64,000 nt of DNA from the human T2T-CHM13v2.0 reference genome, Homo sapiens. The translations under genes and the position numbers were made by a program. Below the pieces are notes generated by a model. It ran no database searches. It saw only the letters and a program-made list of their open reading frames with translations, and had not been told where the DNA came from. The stretch lies in assembly GCF_009914755.1 (NCBI RefSeq), contig NC_060927.1; one strand, given 5' to 3'. Of this stretch, positions 1 to 13,400 are shown one piece after another. How positions within the stretch are numbered: position 1 is the stretch's first letter; every line of letters begins with the position of its first letter.

Positions 1-2353
1 CATAAAATATGAAAGTACATCAAATATAGACTATATACTCTTCATTAAATACCAAAGTACCCCAAATATATATTTTATACTGTACATGAAATATCAAAGT
101 TCACAAACTATATATTATATACTGTACATAAAATATCAATGTACCCAAGGTATATATTCTATACTGCACAAAAAATATCAAAGTACCCAAAGCATGTATT
201 ATATACTGTATATAAAATATGAAAGTACATCAAATATATATTTTATTCTGTACATAAAATATCAAAGTACACCAGATATATATTCTATAGTGTACATAAA
301 ATATCAAAGTACCCAAACTATACATTATATACTGTACATAAAATATGAAATTACATCAAATATATATTATATTAGGTACATAAAATACGAAAGTACATCA
401 AATATAGATTATATACTGTACATAAAATATGAAAGTACCCCAATATATATTATATACTCTACATGAAATATCAAAGTTCACAAACTATATATTATGTACT
501 GTACATAAAATATCAAACTACCCAAGGTATATATTCTATACTGTACAAAAAATATCAAAGTACCCAAAGCATGTATTATATAATGTACATAAAATATGAA
601 AGTACATCAAATATATATTTTATTCTGTACATAAAATATCAAAGAACACCAGATATATATTCTATAGTGTACATAAAATATCAAAGTACCCAAACTATAC
701 ATTATATACTGTACATAAAATATGAAATTACATCAAATATATATTATATTAGGTACATAAAATACGAAAGTACATCAAATATAGATTATATACTGTAAAT
801 ATAATATCAATGTACCCCAAATATATATTTTATACTCTACATGAAATATCAAAGTTCACAAACCATATATTATATACTGTACATAAAATATCAAAGTACC
901 CAAGGTATATATTCTATACTGTACAAAAAATATCAAAGTACCCAAAGCATGTATTATATACTATACCTAAAATATGAAATTACATCAAATATATATTTTA
1001 TTCTGTACATAAAATTTCAAAGTACACCAGATATATATTCTACAGTGTACATAAAATATCAAAGTACCCAAACTATACATTATATACTGTACATAAAATA
1101 TGAAATTACATCAAATATATATTATATTAGGTACATAAAATACGAAAGTACATCAAATATAGATTATATACTGTACATAAAATATCAAAGTACCCCAATA
1201 TATATTATATACTGTACATGAAATATCAAAGTTCACAAACTATATATTATGTACTGTACATAAAATATCAAAGTACCCAAGGTATATATTCTATACTGAA
1301 CAAAAAATATCAAAGTACCCAAAGCATGTATTATATAATGTACATAAAATATGAAAGTACATCAAATATATATTTTATTCTGTACATAAAATATCAAAGT
1401 ACACCAGATATATATTCTATAGCGTACATAAAATATCAAAGTACACAAACTATACATTATATACTGTACATAAAATATGAAATTACATCAAATATATATT
1501 ATATTAGGTAAATGAAATATGAAAGTACATCAAATATAGATTATATACTGTACATAAAATATGAAAGTACCCCAAATATATATTATATACTCTACATGAA
1601 ATATCAAAGTTCACAAACTATATATTATATACTGTACATAAAATATCAAAGTACCCAAGGTATATATTCTATACTGTACAAAAAATATCAAAGTATCCAA
1701 AGCATGTATTATATACTGTATATAAAATATGAAAGTACATCAAATATATATTTTATTCTGTACATAAAATATCAAAGTACACCACATATATATATTCTAT
1801 AGCGTACATAAAATATCAAAGTACACAAACTATACATTATATACTGTACATAAAATATGAAATTACATCAAATATATATTATATTAGGTACATAAAATAT
1901 GAAAGTACATCAAATATAGATTATATACTGTAAATATAATATCAATGTACCCCAAATATATATTTTATACTCTACATGAAATATCAAAGTTCACAAACCA
2001 TATATTATATACTGTACATAAAATATCAAAGTACCCAAGGTATATATTCTATACTGTACAAAAAATATCAAAGTACCCAAAGCATGTATTATATACTGTA
2101 CATAAAATATGAAAGTACATCAAATATATATTTTATTCTGTACACAAAATATCAAAGTACACCAGATATATATTCTATAGTGTACATAAAATATCAAAGT
2201 ACCCAAACTATACATTATATACTGTACATAAAATATGAAATTACATCAAATATATATTATATTAGGTAAATGAAATATGAAAGTACATCAAATATAGATT
2301 ATATACTGTACATAAAATATCAAAGTACCCCAAATATATATTATATACTCTAC

Positions 2354-2731
2354 ATGAAATATCAAAGTTCGCAAACTATATATTATATACTGTACATAAA
2401 ATATCAAGGTACCCAAGGTATATATTCTATACTGTACAAAAAATATCAAAGTATCCAAAGCATGTATTATATACTGTATATAAAATATGAAAGTACATCA
2501 AATATATATTTTATTCTGTACATAAAATATCAAAGTACACCAGATATATATTCTATAGTGTACATAAAATATCAAAGTACCCAAACTATACATTATATAC
2601 TGTACATAAAATATGAAATTACAGCAAATATATATTATATTAGGTACATAAAATATGAAAGTACATCAAATATAGACTATATACTCTACATTAAATACCA
2701 AAGTACCCCAAATATATATTTTATACTGTAC
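2354..2731 (+). repeat. Representative 378-bp 9-mer higher-order unit (9 x 42 bp)
   Basis: The marker ATGAAATATCAAAGTTC recurs every 378 bp (e.g. 1976, 2354, 2732; 8546, 8924, 9302, 9680, 10058). The nine monomers occur in fixed order with diagnostic cores: m1 AGTTCACAAAC, m2 CCCAAGGTAT, m3 CAAAGCATGT, m4 ATTTTATTCTG, m5 ACACCAGAT, m6 ACTATACATT, m7 GAAATTAC...TTAGG, m8 ATAGATT, m9 ACCCCAAAT. Confidence 0.95.
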
Positions 2732-4240
2732 ATGAAATATCAAAGTTCACAAACTATATATTATATACTGTACATAAAATATCAATGTACCCAAGGTATA
2801 TATTCTATACTGCACAAAAAATATCAAAGTACCCAAAGCATGTATTATATACTGTATATAAAATATGAAAGTACATCAAATATATATTTTATTCTGTACA
2901 TAAAATATCAAAGTACACCAGATATATATTCTATAGTGTACATAAAATATCAAAGTACCCAAACTATACATTATATACTGTACATAAAATATGAAATTAC
3001 ATCAAATATATATTATATTAGGTACATAAAATACGAAAGTACATCAAATATAGATTATATACTGTACATAAAATATGAAAGTACCCCAATATATATTATA
3101 TACTCTACATGAAATATCAAAGTTCACAAACTATATATTATGTACTGTACATAAAATATCAAACTACCCAAGGTATATATTCTATACTGTACAAAAAATA
3201 TCAAAGTACCCAAAGCATGTATTATATAATGTACATAAAATATGAAAGTACATCAAATATATATTTTATTCTGTACATAAAATATCAAAGAACACCAGAT
3301 ATATATTCTATAGTGTACATAAAATATCAAAGTACCCAAACTATACATTATATACTGTACATAAAATATGAAATTACATCAAATATATATTATATTAGGT
3401 ACATAAAATATGAAAGTACATCAAATATAGATTATATACTGTAAATATAATATCAATGTACCCCAAATATATATTTTATACTCTACATGAAATATCAAAG
3501 TTCACAAACCATATATTATATACTGTACATAAAATATCAAAGTACCCAAGGTATATATTCTATACTGTACAAAAAATATCAAAGTACCCAAAGCATGTAT
3601 TATATACTATACCTAAAATATGAAAGTACATCAAATATATATTTTATTCTGTACATAAAATATCAAAGTACACCAGATATATATTCTACAGTGTACATAA
3701 AATATCAAAGTACCCAAACTATACATTATATACTGTACATAAAATATGAAATTACATCAAATATATATTATATTAGGTACATAAAATACGAAAGTACATC
3801 AAATATAGATTATATACTGTACATAAAATATCAAAGTACCCCAATATATATTATATACTGTACATGAAATATCAAAGTTCACAAACTATATATTATGTAC
3901 TGTACATAAAATATCAAAGTACCCAAGGTATATATTCTATACTGTACAAAAAATATCAAAGTACCCAAAGCATGTATTATATAATGTACATAAAATATGA
4001 AAGTACATCAAATATATATTTTATTCTGTACATAAAATATCAAAGTACACCAGATATATATTCTATAGCGTACATAAAATATCAAAGTACACAAACTATA
4101 CATTATATACTGTACATAAAATATGAAATTACATCAAATATATATTATATTAGGTACATAAAATACGAAAGTACATCAAATATAGATTATATACTGTACA
4201 TAAAATATCAAAGTACCCCAATATATATTATATACTGTAC

Positions 4241-4776
4241 ATGAAATATCAAAGTTCACAAACTATATATTATGTACTGTACATAAAATATCAAAGTACC
4301 CAAGGTATATATTCTATACTGTACAAAAAATATCAAAGTACCCAAAGCATGTATTATATAATGTACATAAAATATGAAAGTACATCAAATATATATTTTA
4401 TTCTGTACATAAAATATCAAAGAACACCAGATATATATTCTATAGTGTACATAAAATATCAAAGTACCCAAACTATACATTATATACTGTACATAAAATA
4501 TGAAATTACATCATATATATATTAGGTACATAAAATATGAAAGTACATCAAATATATATTTTATTCTGTACATAAAATATCAAAGTACACCAGATATATA
4601 TTCTATAGTGTACATAAAATAACAAAGTACACAAACTATAAATTATATACTGTACATAAAATATGAAAGTACATCAAATATATATTAGGTACATAAAATA
4701 TGAAAGTACATCAAATATAGATTATATACTGTATATATAATATCAATGTACCCGAAATATATATTTTATACTCTAC
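4241..4776 (+). repeat. 536-bp 13-mer variant unit (m1-7, m4-7, m8-9, with two 5-bp deletions)
   Basis: Unit-start spacing 4241->4777 is 536 = 13x42-10. The same unit starts at 13080, 19271, 27352, 34280, 38211, 44441, 51962, 52875, 55254, 62019 and 62932. Confidence 0.9.
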
Positions 4777-7416
4777 ATGAAATATCAAAGTTCACAAACC
4801 ATATATTGTATACTGCACATAAAATATCAAAATACCCAAGGTATATATTCTATACTGTACAAAAAATATCAAAGTACCCAAAGCAGGTATTATATACTGT
4901 ACATAAAATATGAAAGTACATCAAATATATATTTTATTCTGTACATAAAATATCAAAGTAAACCAGATATATATTCTATAGCGTACATAAAATATCAAAG
5001 TACACAAACTATACATTATATACTGTACATAAAATATGAAATTACATCAAATATATATTATATTAGGTACATAAAATATGAAAGTACATCAAATATAGAT
5101 TATATACTGTAAATATAATATCAATGTACCCCAAATATATATTTTATACTCTACATGAAATATCAAAGTTCACAAACCATATATTATATACTGTACATAA
5201 AATATCAAAGTACCCAAGGTATATATTCTATACTGTACAAAAAATATCAAAGTACCCAAAGCATGTATTATATACTGTACATAAAATATGAAAGTACATC
5301 AAATATATATTTTATTCTGTACATAAAATATCAAAGTACACCAGATATATATTCTATAGCGTACATAAAATATCAAAGTACCCAAACTATACATTATATA
5401 CTGTACATAAAATATGAAATTACATCAAATATATATTATATTAGGTAAATGAAATATGAAAGTACATCAAATATAGATTATATACTGTACATAAAATATG
5501 AAAGTACCCCAAATATATATTATATACTCTACATGAAATATCAAAGTTCACAAACCATATATTATATACTGTCCATAAAATATCAAAGTACCCAAGGTAT
5601 ATATTTTATACTGTACAAAAAATATCAAAGTACCCAAAGCATGTATTATATACTATACCTAAAATATGAAAGTACATCAAATATATATTTTATTCTGTAC
5701 ATAAAATATCAAAGTACACCAGATATATATTCTACAGTGTATATAAAATATCAAAGTACCCAAACTATACATTATATACTGTACATAAAACATGAAATTA
5801 CATCAAATATATATTATATTAGGTACATAAAATATGAAAGTACATGAAGTATAGATTATATACTGTACATAAAATATCAAAGTACCCCAAATTTATATTA
5901 TATACTATACATGAAATATCAAAGTTCACAAACTATATATTATATACTGTACATAAAATATCAAAGTACCCAAGGTATATATTCTATAGTGTACAAAAAA
6001 TATCAAAGTACCCAAAGCATGTATTATATACCGTACGTAAAATATAAAATTACATCAAATATATATTTTATTCTGTACATAAAATATCAAAGTACACCAG
6101 ATATATATACTATAGTGTACATAAAATATCAAAGTACCCAAACTATACATTATACACTGCACATAAAATATGAAATTACATCAAATATATATTAGGTACA
6201 GAAAATATGAAAGTACATCAAATATAGATTATATACTGTAAATATAATATCAATGTACCCCAAATATATATTTTATACTCTACATGAAATATCAAAGTTC
6301 ACAAACCATATATTATATACTGTACATAAAATATCAAAGTACCCAAGGTATATATTCTATACTGTACAAAAAATATCAAAGTACCCAAAGCATGTATTAT
6401 ATACTGTACATAAAATATGAAAGTACATCAAATATATATTTTATTCTGTACATAAAATATCAAAGTACACCAGATATATATTCTATAGTGTACATAAAAT
6501 ATCAAAGTACCCAAACTATACATTATATACTGTACATAAAATATGAAATTACATCAAATATATATTATATTAGGTAAATGAAATATGAAAGTACATCAAA
6601 TATAGATTATATACTGTACATAAAATATGAAAGTACCCCAAATATATATTATATACTCTACATGAAATATCAAAGTTCACAAACTATATATTATATACTG
6701 TACATAAAATATCAAAGTACCCAAGGTATATATTCTATACTGTACAAAAAATATCAAAGTATCCAAAGCATGTATTATATACTGTATATAAAATATGAAA
6801 GTACATCAAATATATATTTTATTCTGTACATAAAATATCAAAGTACACCAGATATATATTCTATAGTGTACATAAAATATCAAAGTACCCAAACTATACA
6901 TTATATACTGTACATAAAATATGAAATTACAGCAAATATATATTATATTAGGTACATAAAATATGAAAGTACATCAAATATAGATTATACACTGTACATT
7001 AAATACCAAAGTACCCCAAATATATATTTTATACTGTACATGAAATATCAAAGTTCACAAACTATATATTATATACTGTACATAAAATATCAATGTACCC
7101 AAGGTATATATTCTATACTGCACAAAAAATATCAAAGTACCCAAAGCATGTATTATATACTGTATATAAAATATGAAAGTACATCAAATATATATTTTAT
7201 TCTGTACATAAAATATCAAAGTACACCAGATATATATTCTATAGTGTACATAAAATATCAAAGTACCCAAACTATACATTATATACTGTACATAAAATAT
7301 GAAATTACATCAAATATATATTATATTAGGTACATAAAATACGAAAGTACATCAAATATAGATTATATACTGTACATAAAATATCAAAGTACCCCAATAT
7401 ATATTATATACTGTAC

Positions 7417-10400
7417 ATGAAATATCAAAGTTCACAAACTATATATTATGTACTGTACATAAAATATCAAAGTACCCAAGGTATATATTCTATACTGTAC
7501 AAAAAATATCAAAGTACCCAAAGCATGTATTATATAATGTACATAAAATATGAAAGTACATCAAATATATATTTTATTCTGTACATAAAATATCAAAGTA
7601 CACCAGATATATATTCTATAGCGTACATAAAATATCAAAGTACCCAAACTATACATTATATACTGTACATAAAATATGAAATTACATCAAATATATATTA
7701 TATTAGGTAAATGAAATATGAAAGTACATCAAATATAGATTATATACTGTACATAAAATATGAAAGTACCCCAAATATATATTATATACTCTACATGAAA
7801 TATCAAAGTTCACAAACCATATATTATATACTGTCCATAAAATATCAAAGTACCCAAGGTATATATTTTATACTGTACAAAAAATATCAAAGTACCCAAA
7901 GCATGTATTATATACTATACCTAAAATATGAAAGTACATCAAATATATATTTTATTCTGTACATAAAATATCAAAGTACACCAGATATATATTCTACAGT
8001 GTATATAAAATATCAAAGTACCCAAACTATACATTATATACTGTACATAAAATATGAAATTACATCAAATATATATTATATTAGGTACATAAAATATGAA
8101 AGTACATGAAGTATAGATTATATACTGTACATAAAATATCAAAGTACCCCAAATTTATATTATATACTATACATGAAATATCAAAGTTCACAAACTATAT
8201 ATTATATACTGTACATAAAATATCAAATTACCCAAGGTATATATTCTATAGTGTACAAAAAATATCAAAGTACCCAAAGCATGTATTATATACCGTACGT
8301 AAAATATAAAATTACATCAAATATATATTTTATTCTGTACATAAAATATCAAAGTACACCAGATATATATACTATAGTGTACATAAAATATCAAAGTACC
8401 CAAACTATACATTATACACTGCACATAAAATATGAAATTACATCAAATATATATTAGGTACAGAAAATATGAAAGTACATCAAATATAGATTATATACTG
8501 TAAATATAATATCAATGTACCCCAAATATATATTTTATACTCTACATGAAATATCAAAGTTCACAAACCATATATTATATACTGTACATAAAATATCAAA
8601 GTACCCAAGGTATATATTCTATACTGTACAAAAAATATCAAAGTACCCAAAGCATGTATTATATACTGTACATAAAATATGAAAGTACATCAAATATATA
8701 TTTTATTCTGTACATAAAATATCAAAGTACACCAGATATATATTCTATAGTGTACATAAAATATCAAAGTACCCAAACTATACATTATATACTGTACATA
8801 AAATATGAAATTACATCAAATATATATTATATTAGGTACATGAAATTTGAAAGTACATCAAATATAGATTATATACTGTACATAAAATATGAAAGTACCC
8901 CAAATATATATTATATACTCTACATGAAATATCAAAGTTCACAAACTATATATTATATACTGTACATAAAATATCAAAGTACCCAAGGTATATATTCTAT
9001 ACTGTACAAAAAATATCAAAGTATCCAAAGCATGTATTATATACTGTATATAAAATATGAAAGTACATCAAATATATATTTTATTCTGTACATAAAATAT
9101 CAAAGTACACCAGATATATATTCTATAGTGTACATAAAATATCAAAGTACCCAAACTATACATTATATACTGTACATAAAATATGAAATTACAGCAAATA
9201 TATATTATATTAGGTACATAAAATATGAAAGTACATCAAATATAGATTATATACTGTACATTAAATACCAAAGTACCCCAAATATATATTTTATACTGTA
9301 CATGAAATATCAAAGTTCACAAACTATATATTATGTACTGTACATAAAATATCAAAGTACCCAAGGTATATATTCTATACTGTACAAAAAATATCAAAGT
9401 ACCCAAAGCATGTATTATATAATGTACATAAAATATGAAAGTACATCAAATATATATTTTATTCTGTACATAAAATATCAAAGTACACCAGATATATATT
9501 CTATAGCGTACATAAAATATCAAAGTACACAAACTATACATTATATACTGTACATAAAATATGAAATTACATCAAATATATATTATATTAGGTACATAAA
9601 ATATGAAAGTACATCAAATATAGATTATATACTGTAAATATAATATCAATGTACCCCAAATATATATTTTATACTCTACATGAAATATCAAAGTTCACAA
9701 ACCATATATTATATACTGTACATAAAATATCAAAGTACCCAAGGTATATATTCTATACTGTACAAAAAATATCAAAGTATCCAAAGCATGTATTATATAC
9801 TGTATATAAAATATGAAAGTACATCAAATATATATTTTATTCTGTACATAAAATATCAAAGTACACCAGATATATATTCTATAGCGTACATAAAATATCA
9901 AAGTACACAAACTATACATTATATACTGTACATAAAATATGAAATTACATCAAATATATATTATATTAGGTACATAAAATATGAAAGTACATCAAATATA
10001 GATTATATACTGTAAATATAATATCAATGTACCCCAAATATATATTTTATACTCTACATGAAATATCAAAGTTCACAAACCATATATTATATACTGTACA
10101 TAAAATATCAAAGTACCCAAGGTATATATTCTATACTGTACAAAAAATATCAAAGTACCCAAAGCATGTATTATATACTGTACATAAAATATGAAAGTAC
10201 ATCAAATATATATTTTATTCTGTACATAAAATATCAAAGTACACCAGATATATATTCTATAGTGTACATAAAATATCAAAGTACCCAAACTATACATTAT
10301 ATACTGTACATAAAATATGAAATTACATCAAATATATATTATATTAGGTACATGAAATTTGAAAGTACATCAAATATAGATTATATACTGTACATAAAAT

Positions 10401-13400
10401 ATGAAAGTACCCCAAATATATATTATATACTCTACATGAAATATCAAAGTTCACAAACTATATATTATATACTGTACATAAAATATCAAAGTACCCAAGG
10501 TATATATTCTATACTGTACAAAAAATATCAAAGTATCCAAAGCATGTATTATATACTGTATATAAAATATGAAAGTACATCAAATATATATTTTATTCTG
10601 TACATAAAATATCAAAGTACACCAGATATATATTCTATAGTGTACATAAAATATCAAAGTACCCAAACTATACATTATATACTGTACATAAAATATGAAA
10701 TTACAGCAAATATATATTATATTAGGTACATAAAATATGAAAGTACATCAAATATAGATTATATACTGTACATTAAATACCAAAGTACCCCAAATATATA
10801 TTTTATACTGTACATGAAATATCAAAGTTCACAAACTATATATTATATACTGTACATAAAATATCAATGTACCCAAGGTATATATTCTATACTGCACAAA
10901 AAATATCAAAGTACCCAAAGCATGTATTATATACTGTATATAAAATATGAAAGTACATCAAATATATATTTTATTCTGTACATAAAATATCAAAGTACAC
11001 CAGATATATATTCTATAGTGTACATAAAATATCAAAGTACCCAAACTATACATTATATACTGTACATAAAATATGAAATTACATCAAATATATATTATAT
11101 TAGGTACATAAAATACGAAAGTACATCAAATATAGATTATATACTGTACATAAAATATCAAAGTACCCCAATATATATTATATACTGTACATGAAATATC
11201 AAAGTTCACAAACTATATATTATGTACTGTACATAAAATATCAAAGTACCCAAGGTATATATTCTATACTGTACAAAAAATATCAAAGTACCCAAAGCAT
11301 GTATTATATAATGTACATAAAATATGAAAGTACATCAAATATATATTTTATTCTGTACATAAAATATCAAAGTACACCAGATATATATTCTATAGCGTAC
11401 ATAAAATATCAAAGTACACAAACTATACATTATATACTGTACATAAAATATGAAATTACATCAAATATATATTATATTAGGTACATAAAATATGAAAGTA
11501 CATCAAATATAGATTATATACTGTAAATATAATATCAATGTACCCCAAATATATATTTTATACTCTACATGAAATATCAAAGTTCACAAACCATATATTA
11601 TATACTGTACATAAAATATCAAAGTACCCAAGGTATATATTCTATACTGTACAAAAAATATCAAAGTATCCAAAGCATGTATTATATACTGTATATAAAA
11701 TATGAAAGTACATCAAATATATATTTTATTCTGTACATAAAATATCAAAGTACACCAGATATATATTCTATAGCGTACATAAAATATCAAAGTACACAAA
11801 CTATACATTATATACTGTACATAAAATATGAAATTACATCAAATATATATTATATTAGGTACATAAAATATGAAAGTACATCAAATATAGATTATATACT
11901 GTAAATATAATATGAATGTACCCCAAATATATATTTTATACTCTACATGAAATATCAAAGTTCACAAACCATATATTATACACTGTACATAAAATATCAA
12001 AATACCCAAGGTATATATTCTATACTGTACAAAAAATATCAAAGTACCCAAAGCATGTATTATATACTGTACATAAAATATGAAAGTACATCAAATATAT
12101 ATTTTATTCTGTACATAAAATATCAAAGTACACCAGATATATATTCTATAGTGTACATAAAATATCAAAGTACCCAAACTATACATTATATACTGTACAT
12201 AAAATATGAAATTACATCAAATATATATTATATTAGGTACATGAAATATGAAAGTACATCAAATATAGATTATATACTGTACATAAAATATGAAAGTACC
12301 CCAAATATATATTATATACTCTACATGAAATATCAAAGTTCACAAACTATATATTATATACTGTACATAAAATATCAAAGTACCCAAGGTATATATTCTA
12401 TACTGTACAAAAAATATCAAAGTATCCAAAGCATGTATTATATACTGTATATAAAATATGAAAGTACATCAAATATATATTTTATTCTGTACATAAAATA
12501 TCAAAGTACACCAGATATATATTCTATAGTGTATATAAAATATCAAAGTACCCAAACTATACATTATATACTGTACATAAAATATGAAATTACAGCAAAT
12601 ATATATTATATTAGGTACATAAAATATGAAAGTACATCAAATATAGATTATATACTGTACATTAAATACCAAAGTACCCCAAATATATATTTTATACTGT
12701 ACATGAAATGTCAAAGTTCACAAACTATATATTATATACTGTACATAAAATATCAATGTACCCAAGGTATATATTCTATACTGCACAAAAAATATCAAAG
12801 TACCCAAAGCATGTATTATATACTGTATATAAAATATGAAAGTACATCAAATATATATTTTATTCTGTACATAAAATATCAAAGTACACCAGATATATAT
12901 TCTATAGTGTACATAAAATATCAAAGTACCCAAACTATACATTATATACTGTACATAAAATATGAAATTACATCAAATATATATTATATTAGGTACATAA
13001 AATACGAAAGTACATCAAATATAGATTATATACTGTACATAAAATATGAAAGTACCCCAATATATATTATATACTCTACATGAAATATCAAAGTTCACAA
13101 AATATATATTATGTACTGTACATAAAATATCAAACTACCCAAGGTATATATTCTATACTGTACAAAAAATATCAAAGTACCCAAAGCATGTATTATATAA
13201 TGTACATAAAATATGAAAGTACATCAAATATATATTTTATTCTGTACATAAAATATCAAAGAACACCAGATATATATTCTATAGTGTACATAAAATATCA
13301 AAGTACCCAAACTATACATTATATACTGTACATAAAATATGAAATTACATCATATATATATTAGGTACATAAAATATGAAAGTATATCAAATATATATTT

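Noticed and set aside
209-217. TATA-box-like TATATAAAA motifs
   Set aside because: Such motifs are expected in very AT-rich repeat DNA. They arise from a C>T variant of TACATAAAA, and there is no other promoter evidence.
463-466. Overlapping ATGA stop/start junctions resembling translational coupling
   Set aside because: These are produced by a 1-bp deletion in m9 (CCCCAATAT) that shifts the frame onto the TGA of CATGAA. There is no ribosome-binding site or operon context.
5844-6047. Recurrent 67-aa ORF MKYRLYTVHKISK...
   Set aside because: It is the alternative frame of the same satellite, opened by the CATCAAAT>CATGAAGT variant. It recurs only because the block was duplicated.
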